Origin: Balanoglossus misakiensis
Lineage: Eukaryota > Animalia > Hemichordata
Assembly: GCA_040954595.2 (NCBI GenBank)
Contig: CM082595.2
Span: 2,172,635-2,236,634, forward strand
Direction of reading: 5' to 3'
DNA length: 64,000 nucleotides
The position numbers were made by a program, and so were the translations under genes. The notes beneath the pieces were generated by a model. The model had not been told where the DNA came from. It saw only the letters and a program-made list of their open reading frames with translations, and made no database searches. Positions 15,501 through 30,594 of this stretch are shown here, piece after piece. Position 1 is the stretch's first letter. The number at the start of each line of letters is the position of its first letter.

Positions 15501-18500
15501 AAGTATAATCTGCGCTTTTCATCTTCCATGAAAAGGCTCAATTCAATGGCAGTTAGATTTTATGGTGTACGGGATGACTCATAGACAAAAAAATTCACCC
15601 AGATCTACGGCGTTTTAAGCCATGTGTGAACAGCCATCCATTTTATATATTAACAGAGACAAATTTATGAAACATGAACAATTTCCCATGAAAGCAAAAT
15701 CAATCTTCATTTCCATGACAACCTGCGCACTCAGGGGGGATGGTATGTCAACCAGAATGTTGTCACGGTATTGATCAAATCATAAATTTTATAACCATAG
15801 CAAAGGAGATTGTTCAATTCTGGAATTTTCAATCACAACTGATTATATTTGCTGTGTGAATGCAGGCAGAGTTTTCAGACAATATTTTATTATACACACG
15901 TAATAAGACGTATCACAAATCAAATTTCCTGACATTCCGGAGTACTGAACCAGTCCCGTTGTGAGGTAACTGACAGCCCAGTGAGTTTGTTTATTTATGT
16001 GGGATAAATTTATGAGCAAAATGAAGACGTTCTCTCCTTCACTTACCTTGACTGGATTTCCGACAGACTGACTTTGATGTCCAAGTCCCAACTGGCCATA
16101 TCTGTTATCACCGAACGAGTACACTGTCCCATATTCTGTGGAACAATCATAAAATACACAATCAACAAATAGTGTGAAACAAACACATTGATTGCTATGA
16201 TGTACAATAAGCAGTTACACTTAGCATCTACTCCAACTGTGTCGTATGGGACCCATACCTGCAGACGGGACGATGCCCACCCTTTAATATTTTTGACTCG
16301 AGTGATCTGCATGACTATACCTGTGAGAACTAGAGTATGGTTGCGGCCACACGCTGCTGCGACTATGTTGTGCTCTTCAATTGCTTCTATGATGGTTGGT
16401 GTATCTCTTCTTATAGCATCCCCGTGTCCTAACTGCTCTCTATCATTGCGTCCTGCAAAGCCACAAAGAAAGTTTATTTACTATTGATTCTGTTCTGCGT
16501 TGCAAAAAAAGCTCTCTCTCTCTCCAGACTCAGAGACTGTCAATTCTTATTACGTGTACTGTATCTGTGAATAACCGAGACTACTTCTGTTCCGACTTCA
16601 AGACTACTTGCAAGTCAGTCGACCACTGCTTCAAAGCATGTCAGCACTTACATTAGACTCCGATTGTCGTTTGTTCAATCACCTCCAATTACACAAAAAC
16701 ATGAGTGTACACTGACGTCTCGCATCTTTTAATCAGCGAGCTACAAGTCAATTTAAATTCCACCGATCGAAAGTTCATTTTCGTATTTCGTATTATTGTC
16801 ATGGCAATGATTAAAACTCACCCCAACTCATGCATCGTCCTTCACTAGTAATCAGCACACTGTGGCAAGCAGCTGGTCCAGAAACAACAGTTCGAACTTG
16901 AACACCCAACAGACTCTTCAATCGTTGTGGTCCCCATATATTCCTGCCTCCGAGTGGTTTTCCTGCACCAGCTTTACAATCGAAAAAAGAAATGAATTCT
17001 TAAGTTTTTGAGTTAAAATTTGTGTATGTTTTAACTACAATATCTCTTTTGGAAATAATAGCAAGACAGGCTAATACACCAACTCGCGTTTCCCCCCCCC
17101 CCCCCCCCCCTTCATTTCTTGTCCCTCATACTCAAAACTACTCAAATTTCCTGCTTTTCATGTTGTTTTTTCCTTCACCAATCTCCAGGGAGCACTTGTG
17201 GTGTATAAAGTGTGATTGTCCTCATTAGAGGGGCCACCACTCTCAACACAATACATGTAATTGAATTCTTTGTAACATACATGAAGCAGGCTATCATATA
17301 ACAAAGTTATCAACTCGTTAAGGGCTGCATTTAATAACGTACATGAATCAATCTTCCACGAATTTCTACTAGTAAATTTTACATTTCCAGGTTTAATTCA
17401 ACATTCACACTCAATTTCCCAGAAAGTATCAACCCAAACAGCTTTGTATATATTGATTTTTGAAATAATTCTAATAAGTATTTGCGTGGAAGATATGATA
17501 GTTATTAGATCACAGAACCCCCATGTACATTACATACAGTGTGCTTTGATTATATAACTAGTGAGATGGTGCCAATTTCGATATTCAATAACTTTGAGTT
17601 TACCATCTAGTAAAATTCCAGGAGGCGATAAGCGCCCATTGATATGGAAATACAGTTTTCATTATTCAGTAATTTCATATGGATAGCTATTCAGAGAACT
17701 GAAAGTCTGACAGATGTTATGATGTAAATTGTCAGAGAGAGAAAATGAGCATTGCAAGAACTGCCCTGGAGGGTTTATTCAAGCACAGCCTTGCCCAAGG
17801 TCAGACCTGTCTATGCAAACAGTCTACAATAAACATGCATGCATACTATATGAAAGATTGATCAGTCGGGGAAAATATTATAAACTCCCTCACAAATGAC
17901 TGATGGAGAGTGGCCACCATATTGGCTTGAATGTGAGGTTGCCGTGGTAACAGGCATATTTGGAGCCGAGTATCAGGGAGATTTGATGAGGTCTGGCAGA
18001 AATTGTTGAAATCACTTGGGAAAGCGAGACACCAACCATTATGATGTTGAAGAGACGCATTAGCTCAGAAAGTAATTACGTATAAATTCTCGTAACCCGG
18101 GGGGTGGCTGTGCGAGTCCTTCAACAATGTAATATCTTTGTAAAAAATCAAGGTTGACAAAGTGGTCGCTCATATGGATATGAACCAATAGCTCTTGATG
18201 TATAGCTGTGATAGTATTAGTAATAAGTTTATCTGCTGCAGGCAATGTTGAGATGGAAAATTTATCACAAGACATTGAGAACATCAAATAGAAAGCTGAT
18301 TGGCTCTTTAACTGCAAAGAAAACAGACATGAAATAGACTACAGTTGTTGTACTAGCAATATCACGCTTCTTAAGCACACCTGGAGATGTAAATATTTGT
18401 TATACATAGCTGATACAAAGGACAGTGACCTACATGTCACGTTGACTGCAACACTGGAAATATTTTATTGATTGGAACCTGGAATTTCTTTGAGTAGAAA

Positions 18501-21500
18501 ACAAGGCACCCACTGTGTCGTGCAATTGCTTCCCCATTTTGCTACAATCAAAAACTGGCAATTATGGCAATAGGCCTACCCGGTACTCTGAAATAAATGT
18601 GATCCACCAGAAAATATCATAACGATAAGACAAAACTCCAAGAAGTTCTCGGACATACCGTACCTGCATTTTTGGGCAGCGATGCTCGGCCAATCAGATC
18701 CCAATTTGAGCCACCGCAAAACAACACTTCACCCTTCGTTTTAGAACCGTCCAATTTCTGAAAATTTGGAAAAGAAAAGAGGGAGTTATTTTGTCTGTCT
18801 GTACAAGAAATCTGTACCTTTTTTTGCATAGAATACATCTATAATACAGCTTTAATTTTTATCTCAAAATCTTCCTCTATCATTAGAAAATTCACGTTCA
18901 CACGTTCTTGTCACTGGTAAATGTAAGTACTGTAACTATAATGACAGCACAACTTCCCATCAAAGAGAGAAAGTTGAGAAGATCAAACGCAGACAGACTT
19001 CCAAATCCAGTTTGAATTCCTATGAGATTATGATGCCATTACTGTTGCATGATGAAAATAATATGCCTAGACTACTTGCGCGAGGATTATTCCTCTGTAG
19101 TATTCGGTTGCCCAAGTGTGCTTCTGGAAGAACTCCCCAGTATGTCTGACCTATTTAACCCCTGTTTACCCTCCAAGTTAAATGTACAGCACACAGTACT
19201 TCCTTGGCAAGTCTTATGTTCAGACAGAAACTGGTAGAAAATATTAAATCCCCATGAGGTCAAAGGTCAATACTCCTGTCCTCTGCCTATGAAATCTTGG
19301 AGTAGGAGAAACGTCATATACCATCTTGCTATGAAAGGAAATCAACCATTCAGTCAATTTGCACCTACAGCTGAATCCCAGTCAAAACTTGTGAACAGAT
19401 AAATCAACATGATGCACTTCATAATATTGGGTAATGATGCTAGGTACACGAAATGACGTCTTTCAGCCAACTGTCATCAATTTGTATTTCGGAGGACCTG
19501 ATAGAATTATTGATGCAGTGTAAAAAGAGCTGCATTTCCAGGATCGACAAACGTGCACGGAATTAATCGCCTGGCCGTGCTGTGATTTGCCAGTGAAGTG
19601 GAAAAAAAATACAAGCCGGGGATTCTTTGCCTCTTTCGATCAACAGACACAATAGACTAAAGTGAACAACCCATGCTGGTTTTAATTACATTTCTTTGAG
19701 GACCAAACCACTTGAGATTTACACTTGATGTCAGCCTGGTACAAAAGGCTAAAAGCTGTTGCCAATGGTGATGGCCAATAATGACAGATCGTCCACCGGT
19801 TCATAACCATGGCAACCGTGTTAAGAAGCTTAGTATTTTACAAAGAGCTGCGCTGGCCTATCCACTTTATTGACAACTATCCCTGCAGACCCTCTTTGAC
19901 CTACAGTACAAGATGCAAATACACCTCCAGAATTATAAACACAGCTATTTCTTGCACTCTTTCAAACTACCCAGCTGATGACATAGAGCTGGGTTATGCC
20001 AGAGCAAAGATTTGCCTCCAGGTCACTTTATGTACACAGACTTTCAGGTCACATGTGGAATACCTTCTGGTGATTTTTGTCTGAGCATAGATTCCTCCAG
20101 ACGGTACCTCACGTAACCTAATTCTGAGGTCATGAACAGTAGCCCTCTGGAGACTATTTGCGGTAACAGACATCAAAGTTCATTGCCCCGATTAATTAAT
20201 AACACAAGGTGACCCCCTAGTACAGATGACATACTTCAATCATGCCTTCAATGTAGATCACCTCAGACCCAGGGGCCATGTCTACCATAATAGCCCTCCA
20301 TAATTGTGTTAGACCCCCCTCCCCTGTCACCATGAAAACCCCCCTTAAGCAGTACAATCTGCCCTCTCCAGAATCAGATATCACCCTCTCCCCTCATCAG
20401 TATTCCCCTACTAATACAAGCTACAGTCTCCTCCCAACAACGATGTCAGCAGGCCATACACTCTCCAAATATATCAGCAATCGCGTTCCTATTTTGAAAA
20501 CCAATCTGTCTGAATCCACCCTGCTCATTAATCTTTCATGACATGTACATCACAACTCTCAAAATGGGAGAGAGAAAAATGTCCAGTTGAATGACTCAGA
20601 TTTAGCTGTAATGGATCGTTTTACAAAACGTGCTAAATACACGTCCTCAAATAAAACAGATCGTCAGCAGTTAGTGATCCAGGGAGGCCCCTCAAGGTCA
20701 ATATGACACGCACACATGGCAGACCTGCGGACATCTTGCGGTGACTCAAAGATAAATCCAGTTGGCACACTGGGAATTGTGAGTCACTGGAAAGGTTGTC
20801 AATATTTTGCCCCTTCGCTAAATTTGAATCAATAATTCATATTTTAAAAGCAGTCATACAGATGAATGTTTTTGACAAGGCAAGATACGCTGATATGAAC
20901 ATAGTCATTCCATCAAAAGGTACATACATGTATTCCCTTGTGGAGTAAGAGAGAGAGAAGAGACCTCTCATGATTGAGATCCTGGGTTCAATTCCTAGCA
21001 TAGGCTTAGCTCTCTGAAGTTTTTTTCTTGTGAATTAATATAAATCTTGCCTTAGACCAGACACCAAAACTATTAACATTGTAACTGTACTGATGATTTG
21101 AAATGCAGAGAGTTCATTTCTTTTAGAAACGCAGTGAACAATATCAAAGGGACCGGAGCAGATGTAGAACAGATTTTAGTAATTCTATTCATATGCGATA
21201 CTAAAAATGCAACTTATGAACAATAATGATTGGCAGTTCTATATTTCACTATGCTGAATTTTCCATGGTGCCCACATCTCTGCTCTTATGCACATTGCAT
21301 ATTGATATGATGACAAGGCTCTAAAACCATGGTGAAAATTGTCTCATTAAACTGGATTTCTGCATAATTTATTTCTGTATAAATATTATGCAAGTAATAT
21401 TCATACCTTGCTTGAGATTGACAGATTTTTTCAAAAGACAATCAATGCAACAGCAAGTATGTTAGTATCTACTGAGGAATGACAGAGAGAAAATAACACA

Positions 21501-22993
21501 GTCACCAGAAGACTTTGTATTGGCTTTAGTTTAATATTTAGGATCAATTCACCTGTCTCCATAGTAACGTGTATACAAACACAACAGCTTTTCAGACAAG
21601 GTAGTAAATATGCTGTTTTATCTTTATGTTATTGAACAAGACTGATGCATACGCTTTTGTCCACTAAATTGACTTTCCTGATCACCATGTAAGCTGTTTA
21701 TTAATATGCGAATAATACAAGGAAATTGTACATATTGCAAAGCTACATTGTACAATCTTCACTTTCAAAGACCAGCTACAGTAATCATATCATGCTACAA
21801 AGAAAGTACTGCATGTGTAAAAGTAAATCAAGATCATATTGATCCATTCTTCCAAGTTGTCTATCCACTCATGAAAAACAGCCATTGCATTTGGTGCAAT
21901 AATGATTCAATTATCATTCAAACCATTAACACACTCCAAAAGTCAGCAACACCTAGATAAGTGAGCCTATTAATATAGACAATTAATCATTACCACATAT
22001 AGCTTTAACATTGAGATTCATGAAATAAACACATCATTGAAATGGACATATCAGTCAATGTACTTCGAAATGGACGTGACACACCTCTTGAGAAGGAAAA
22101 GGCAGTAAAACAGAATCTGGAGTAAAATAACAGCACTAAATTAGATGATGTACACGACTCTATGGCTGTATTATATGTAATTGTTACAAGATGACATGGT
22201 TGAGTGAAGGGGCGCATGAGACTGCACTCAACCGAAAAAAATAAAGGTTTTTGAATAAATCTATAGTCACTAACTTCATGGTTGCTTAGGAACCGTTTTC
22301 ACCGACTGATTTCACGCTTCGAATAGGTTAGCAGTCGGTGGCGTGTGATATTTGCGCTGACGAGATCTACGTCCACAATACATGTAATACAGTCTGGCTG
22401 CAACTTTGTTTACATATTGGCAATACCTATTTCCGGGCCTCAAATGACATGTACGTAGGGCCCCGTCTCCGAGAGAAGCGCGCCGAAAACAAACTTCGAT
22501 TGGAAAATAACCACACATCGCACGCGCAAAGCCACGTTTTTTGCTGTTTACCATTGAATTCTGCGTGTCTTGTTTGCCTGTTTCTGGTTTTTGACCCGAA
22601 AACTTTGTCGGGTTCGAAAGAAATGCGAACGCTTAACTCATTGAGTAAATATTCCACACCGCTACGTTATTTAAATTCCCATTACTGCATTTTGATCAAC
22701 TTTTGTTCGCAGGTCTTCACTCGACGCGCGACAGATTTCAAAAAGTACACACTTATCACAGAGCTAGTAACACCTAGATTTCACCAAATTGGTCCAATAA
22801 GGTTGTACTTATGCGTATTCGGGGTTTTGAAACTCACAATTTTCATTCGCTCTTCCTTGGGTTTTTCTTCCGTGCTCCCATTGTCTGTCGCCGAAGATGA
22901 AGCTCTATCACCGTACGCAGAGTGTGAACCAGATTTATACTTTTTCCCATGTCGTCCACCTTCCTCTGCAGTTTTTCTCTTTCCCCTAGGCAT
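12554..22993 (-). CDS. RCC2: RCC2 / TD-60 (RCC1-like repeat protein), multi-exon with several large introns
   Basis: Exon 1 is MPRGKRKTAEEGG (ATG 22993). Later exons: GEVLFCGGSNWDLIGR, VRTVVSGPAACHSVLITSEG, YSFGDNRYGQLGLG, VFTWGFGGYGRLGHAEPKDEKVPR and SWGPAPTYGELGYGD...VSCGYGHTL. These are RCC1 repeats with RCC2-specific motifs. Confidence 0.95.
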
Positions 22994-23663
22994 TTCGGCT
23001 GATTCGAGACACGATGTATTCCAAGATTTCTCGCGTGAAGCTAGTGATACACAAAGCCTAACACGTAGGGAATGGACATACAATGAATTGATTGATTGAA
23101 TGCCGCGAAATGGTCATGTCACATGTTAATTTCTACGTCTCATAAATTATTCATAAAACTATTCCAGGGGGCGCACTTTTGACCCCATTTCACAAGAACC
23201 ATCAGAGGCAAAGTCACTTTCCTGCGATGTACCAGCTGATGTGTTGAGGTTGTTGACATGTACTCATGTTGAACGACAACTAGACGGTTCTGCGTGCCAC
23301 GACTCCAGTTTGTAAGCTGTAGGTTTTCCGAGAATTCGAGTAAAGCGGTCACGAACAGACGCATGCAGAGCGTTTGGCCAGGGGCCAGGAAGATGGATGT
23401 TTGTCAACAAGACTGACCAAGGATGACACACATGTTTATTATTGATAAACACACATGAGGTTTGTAGATTGTTACGTGTACTAGAGATTACTTACATGGC
23501 TACTACACTCTTTGCATTAAACTAGAATCAATTTCTACTATACTGCGTTGTTGGTGTCTCGTTTTTACAGACATATGTAGCAATCTTGAGCTTCACTCTC
23601 TTGTTTTATCCCAACATCTTTGAAGACTGAGGTATTTTTCCAGAGATGTAGAAGTTGTCCAAG

Positions 23664-25456
23664 ATGCTAGAAGAGCAAAGTGAATTGGAGAAAACATTAC
23701 AGAAGGCAAATCAACTTCTCGACAGATTAAAAGTTATTAACATTGAGGGCGCTTCAAAGCTTCAGAAGAAAATTTCTGCCGAGCTGAATTTTCTTGAAAC
23801 GGTAAGTTGCTATTCTCCATCATGGTAAAAGGATGATTTTACATAATTGTATGTGTGTGACCCAGTTCTAGAGATTTTACATTCATTTAATACATTTTTT
23901 TTCAGCTTTGTGGTGCAAGTCTGGAGAAGCAAGAAAAACAACTGAGAAGTAGTAATTTATCTCACTTAGAAGCCATCACTGAAGTCGCCGAAAAATATAC
24001 GAATGTCATCCATATACTGAAGCCATTCCATTATACATCAGAGGGATGTCCAGCTTCATTGGTGGTGGATGTTGTAGCTGGAAATGGCAAAGTCTGGGTC
24101 AAAGTCATAGCTAGGAAAGCATCAGCTCTTCATCGTGTCTGGCTGGGTAGGTTCAATTCTTGTAACTCACATTCACAGTTTAAATATTAAGTTTTTCCTC
24201 ATAAACCAGTTTCCATTTCTGTTGACAGGAGATGGTGACTATGGCGACAAGAGTGTTGTGGATCAAGCCAGGCAATACATCACTGCCAGTCAGCAACACC
24301 TGGTTCAGTTTCAGCAGCCAATCATAGAGTTTGTCTTCTATGGCGGCATCACTCAACCAATAGCAGGTGAATTACGAGAACTTGGAGTCGTCGTCAAGGG
24401 CAACATTGTGCAAACAGAACTTCAGGCATCTTCTGAGATGTGTCAAGAAGATGAAAAGAAAAGTGACACTGTAGTGTTTTCATTACACTGTGATGTACCT
24501 ACAGCTGACATACAGGAATGCGATCGACTAAACTTGGACATTACATCTCTGATTGCCCTGGTGTCGGAACTGACCCATGGTGGCTGTTGGTTCAACTTCA
24601 AGGAAAAGGTCCTCACTGATCAGGCCGTCCAGGAAAGAAATTGTCCCCTGTTACCAAGGTTACATGATTTTATGAAAGGTTGGTTAAAAAAAAGTGTGTA
24701 AAAGTTCTGCTTAAAAGTATCCAAAGCTTGATTAACAACTTCCTGTTCTACTATTTTTTTATGCATTGCGAAATAAACTTATCATGGCCATTATCAAGTA
24801 CTCTTGAAACTTTTTCAGGAAAAGCACTTTTTGCTTGTGAGACAGCTCTGAGAGATTTCAAGAAAATCCTGTCAACCCTTGGAGGGCCAAATGAACGTGA
24901 GAGAGCTGATAGGCTGTTGGAAATGGTTACCATAGTTCCAGATCACATGTCAGAGAGATCAAAGGCTCTCAGAGAGAGTGGTCGGATTAAATCAAGGTCA
25001 AAGGTGAACAGATTGGATGATATTTGGTTCTTTTATGATACATGATTTACTTGAGCAGCAATGTAACAAACTAAAAGAGATTGTTTTAACTTGTGATTCT
25101 TGAATCTTTTGCAGACAATATTTGGTTCGGGTGATAGTATAAAAGCAATAACTATGACTGCAAACTCACACTTTGTCCGTGCATCAGCTGATCAGGTAAC
25201 TGCAGTATTTAAAAAAATAATCTTGAGTTTACTCTTACTTATGTTCAAGTTGCTGCCCATGGTTACATGTTTATTTTTGTCGTACAACTAATAGAAGCTA
25301 TCAAGCTAATAGGTCAGTTTCTCTTTAACTTTGTTTTGTATTTTCTACACACAGAGTGTGTCATTCGATGTCTTCTTGCATGATCCAAGAGCCTTGACCG
25401 AGTCAAAACAGGCAACCGCTGTCAAAGTTATTCCACCTGATGATGATCTGAGCTGA
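23664..25456 (+). CDS. C7orf25: UPF0415 / C7orf25-like protein (DUF1308), multi-exon
   Basis: IEGASKLQKKISAELNFL, LRSSNLSHLEAI, LVVDVVAGNGKVWVKVIARKASAL, GDGDYGDKSV, LNLDITSLIALVSELTHGGC, ILSTLGGPNERERA, IFGSGDSIKAITMTAN and HDPRALTE. Confidence 0.92.
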
Positions 25457-27004
25457 TGACTCAAGTTGTAAATGAAAAAAAGACAAACTGTGTGAAAGGA
25501 TTGTATTCAAAACTCAGGGCTTTGTATGTGAAGACATTAAAATAAAGCTGTAAAAAAACTATGCACATATGTGTCTTATTAACCTGTTAAAAACCCCAAT
25601 ATTTAGTCTACTTCAACATGAATACGTAATTTCAGGTATGCAAGAGCGCCACCTCAGTCGGGTCTGAAAATAAATAATTGAGGTCACGCTGAGGTCAAAC
25701 AGGCCTTTGTTCCCCCGCCATTTTGAATTTCAATCAGCTGTTGTTATTCGTGAGGTTTCGACCAAGTGTGATATTTTATCACGCTAATGAAGCTTTATTT
25801 ATGGACCTTTAGGTAAGTATCATACTGCATGTGATGTGCTAGATATCAGACTAGGTAGGTGTCACATTCCAAAGGGATTTGTGCCAGTATTGCGAGTAAT
25901 ATCGAAGTATTTTGGGAGGTCGCTGTGAGGTCATATTCATGAAGTTGCCAGACTGCCATAGGGCATTCATTTCTAGTATCGGGAAGTGCTTGATTCGTAT
26001 AAGAATGTCAATTAATGTCCGTGATATAACTGTATGCTGTTTACATAAAACTGTATGACCATTTGCACCCCCATTAATGCTCTTGTTGACATCAAATTCA
26101 CCGTTTGCAGGGAAACGAAGTCAACACTCAGTACGTGTGAAATATACAAATTCACACATTACAATGAGGTGCTAGAGTTATTTACTTGTCGGCGTCTTTG
26201 ATATGCAAATTACCTTTCTCCCAAATGTTTTGATTGATTCGAGACCAACAAGGGAGTTTTACAAATCGTAATTACTTCAAGTGGACCTCACATGATGATT
26301 AATTAAGTAGCATTGTGAGGGATTTTTTGACGAGGCTATTTTTGTCAACAGTAGTTTTCGGTTTGTGTACATTCAGTGCAGTTCATGACTGTTTCTGATC
26401 TGTCCTCGTAACTATATTACTGGATAAACTAGTTATATTATGAGCTACTGAAAATGACATTAATCTGGTTATTTTTATGGTGGGTGCAAAATCATTTATG
26501 GCTGATAAAATTTGATTTAAGCTGTGAATGTCAGTCATTTGTTTGTTCATGTATACGCTGTTGATGAATAAATAATCATGTCGTCTGGAGTGATCGCATC
26601 AACTCTTCATGAATGAAATCCAACTGAAGAACCAAAATGCTATTATGTCCCATGATCAGGTTTCATGCAGGTCTGGAATATCTGTGAAGTTCCTGTCAAA
26701 AATGAAATTCCCTTGAAAAATGACATTTACACATAGAATATTGATTTAGCCACCAACTATATTGTGGAATTTGCAGAATAAATGCACTTACTGTAAATGA
26801 AGTTACATGTGAAATCATTGCAGCATCAAAGGGTGTACTGGGTGATTGTTAGTGGGTCTAACTAAATTTAATTGAAACACAGATCCATGAAAAGTCGAAT
26901 TTAATCTGTTTTCTCTTCTTGCAGTGAAGATTATTTTCTCAGCAAAGTAGTTTAGATTTGCTGGAATCAGAAGTCTGTAGTGAGACACTTTGCTGAAGGA
27001 TACC

Positions 27005-30000
27005 ATGGGTGACCACAAGCTGTCTCCGTCGTCGTCGCCTGGGGCCAGCTCGGGGAAGACTTCACCGGCCGTCAGCCCGACCAGAACAGTGGCAGTGGTG
27101 GGACAGAATCCGACCGCGTCACCAGGCACCAACAGTGCAGTGATCATCAAACCCAACACAAGCCCCGGATCGAGTGGAACAACCACGCTAGTGCGGCCCA
27201 GACTCGCTTCCCACGGGTCCACCGACACAGCCACTGTGGTGCGCCCCAATTTCAGCAGCGCCGGTTCGACAGGGACCACCACTGTAGTGCGCCCTCACCT
27301 GACTGTAAGTGTTGCCGGGACGACGCTTGTGCGACCTCATCTGGCTGTGAGTAGTGCAGCGGCTGGTGTGGTGACGTCCACCGTTAGACCTCACATACCT
27401 GTACAGCTCTGTCCTGAGAGACAAGTACAGGTAAAACTGTGCTGAAGTTGGTTTGGAACCTTGCCAGCTATTCCCAGTCACCTACACATCATGTGATCAC
27501 CATGTGACACTTGCTCGGCCAATGAGCACAGTGTTGTAACTGGTCACATGGTAACAAACAGCCAACAGAAAATCAGCAATCATCATGTGATTAAATTTGG
27601 CCAATCAGGTTGAGTAGCTGGGAGTCTGCTGAGCAGGGTTTCTAAACTGACGGGTGTAGGGTTGCAGGCTTTTCATCACATCTCATGCATTCATTAAAAA
27701 AAAACATGTTATCACAATTGCTAGGACAGTGACCTTTACATTCTTTTGCAATTGAAAGTGGATCAGAAATTTGATCAAATAATATACCGTGGCAAATGTG
27801 AACTTTGTCTTTCTGAAGCATTTGTGAACATTCTTAAATTATGAGGTACCGGTACCCTGCAGTATAAAACTTTAATGATGTTTTTAATTTCATCTGTAGG
27901 TCATTCAGCGGTCGGTACCACAGGCTCCGTACAGTGTCTCAACACAACTACCTGCAGTGTACGCCCACCAGCAGGTTTTGCTTCAGAGTCTGCCACATGG
28001 TACTATAGCTGTGCCTCAGCAAATTCAGGGTAAGTTTCAATAAGAAAGCCCCCCCTGGAAATACAGTAGAGTTGTGATAGGATTGTTAATCATGTCGAAA
28101 TTATATCTCTTGGTTTATGTTTCAGGCATGGCTTCACCACCTCTGAGATCGCCAACAGGTAATCAACCCAGTATTGCTATGTTACAGCAAGTGGTCAGTG
28201 CTGCAGGCCCCATATTCAGTGTGGCCAATTCCGGCCAGATCAGCTCAAGTAGCCCGTCAACTGTGGCCACATTGGGAAGCTTGAATGCGTTGACCGCCAC
28301 TGTCAACGCACTGCAGCCCACAGTGCCATCTATTCCGAACATAGCTCCGTCAGGTCCGGGTGGCAAAATTACGGGCAAGAACATTGTGATCGGGACAAAT
28401 CCGATGGCACACGGCAAAGTGGGAAAACCTATGATGGCGAGACATGGAGTACGTGGTCCTGTTGCTTCGCCGCACGGTGATCCCAAACAGCACGTTATCA
28501 TCACCACGCAAACGCCAATCTTTGTACGCCCCCAGCGACAACCGGCCATCACGGCACAGACACCCATGCAGACAGGGACGATCGTCGCAACCACTCCATT
28601 CCCCAGACATAACATTGCCACTGTGATGGTGCCACCGCAAACCAGTGTGCGACACTTGCCAAACAGCCAACCTGGCCAGAACAAACCGCAGCAAATCGTC
28701 GTCACGGCGCATAGTCTGGGACATCATCACGGCGGTCGGGGCGAAAAGCGCCCTCACGTGCAAGCCGTCAAACATCTTCCGGTCGCCACCCAACTGACCA
28801 TTCCCAACCCGGCTAAATTCATCAAGGTTGAGAGACCGTCAGATCTGAAATATCCCAACCGGCAGGCGCATTCCGGCGCTGGGAAGCAACACAAGAAACC
28901 GGAACCAACTAAAGTACACCCGCAACCTCAAGCACCGCCATTGCTGCTGCAGACGGTCACACCGACGCCCACATCCACACAAACCCAACACCACCACCAA
29001 CAGCAGCAGCCACCACCCAAACCCCAACACACCATCAACACCACGAAAGCAGACGAACCCAGCAGCAACCAATCAGCACCGACCATCAACCCAGACCGAC
29101 CAACCAACAACCCGGAGGGAACGTCCAATGGAAACCCCGGACACGGATACCAAAACAACAGCAACAGCAACGACGGGAAAGGCAAGGAAAACGAAGACGG
29201 GAATGAAAAGGAACAGCATCCAGAAGAAAGGGAAAAGCCAAAGGAACCACAGAAAGCTATTGTGAGGCCACAGATACTGACACACATCATTGAAGGATTT
29301 GTCATTGAAGAGGCCAAGGAACCCTTCCCTGTAAGTCCAGTGACTTTTGAACTTATCTTTCTGTTATCTGACTAATCCCCAGAGCAGCGGGATGTGAATT
29401 TTATTTTTTTGAAATGCTTGATTGAATATATGCAAGTCTCATTCCTACATGATCCTGTTCATGTTTTCCAGGTCAGTAAATCACCCTTGGTTGATGTGCT
29501 TGCCAAGAAAGCAGTGTTATCTGTGTCGTCTGATCCAGAAAGTGACAAAGGCACCCCCAGGGAACATCAAGGTAAGACCGATGGTCAAAGTCATCTTTTG
29601 TAGAAATTGACGAAAATTAAAACTTTGATGTTGTAGTTCACATTTCAAAAGTTCCATCTGATCGAAGAAATAAAATCATTTTGTTTTCTTCATCTCAGGT
29701 GAAGCCAGTCATCACAGTCAAGAATTACTGAAGTGTGAATTCTGTGGCAAGATGGATATTTCTCAAAAATTCAAACGGTCGAAGCGATTCTGTTCCATGG
29801 CGTGTGCCAAACGTTACAATGTAGGCTGTTCCAAGAGGCTGGGTCTCTTCAAACCATCCAAACCCAACAAGTATACCAAGTTCAAGATGAGTAAAAAGAT
29901 GGCTATGAACTTCAAGACCAAAGGGATGCGTGGTAAACACGGCAGACTGGCATTTAATATTCATGAAGAAAGGGTAAGTTGACCATATTTGGTAAACTTA

Positions 30001-30594
30001 TGTCCATATTTGGTGTATTCATTCCATATTTTGATGACTGCTGCCTATTGGCTAATGAGAGGTGACATGGCATTGATTTCAGAATCAGCATCATATTGAA
30101 TCTGACTCTGCCGCCCACAAAGCATCAGCTTCAGCATTAGATTCAAACTTCTACAGTTCTTTTTCCTACCATATTTGGTGTCACCATTCCCCTAAGATCG
30201 CATTTAGTAACTTCTAATAATTTTTAATCAGGAAATTAAATGATTCTTTTTATATTTCCCCCAGTTGAGGCAGCTTGAAGAAGAGAGTCCAAGCAGCCCG
30301 CAGACCGACAGCTCTCCCTCGCCCGAGACTCCACCAAACTACGACGAGTATGATTTAGATCTGGACGCTGATCCGATCATCATCACCGATCCCAAGCGGT
30401 GGTCAGTGGACGAAGTGTCCGACTTCATACGATCTCTCCCGGGATGCAGTGACTACGCTGATGAGTTTCAGTCACAGGAAATCGACGGTCAAGCGCTGCT
30501 TCTCTTGAAAGAAGACCATCTGATGAGTGCTATGAACATGAAATTAGGACCAGCATTAAAAATTTGTGCCAGAATAAATGCCTTAAAGGAGTAA
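27005..30594 (+). CDS. PHC: Polyhomeotic-like protein (PRC1 subunit; HD1, FCS zinc finger, C-terminal SAM)
   Basis: S/T/Q/P-rich N-terminus; HD1 KAIVRPQILTHIIEGFVIEEAKEPFPV; FCS finger CEFCG...KRFCSMACAKRY; SAM WSVDEVSDFIRSLPGCSDYADEFQSQEIDGQALLLLKEDHLMSAMNMKLGPALKICARI. Confidence 0.95.

Noticed and set aside
20960-21008. tRNA-like B-box GGTTCAATTCC in RCC2 intron 1
   Set aside because: No A-box or complete cloverleaf can be built; at most a decayed tRNA-derived SINE fragment.
22338-23099. 253 aa plus-strand ORF
   Set aside because: Antisense to RCC2 exon 1 and its CpG-rich flank, with a non-ATG start and no recognisable motif.
28163-29317. Several long minus-strand ORFs
   Set aside because: Antisense shadows of the GC-rich large PHC exon.
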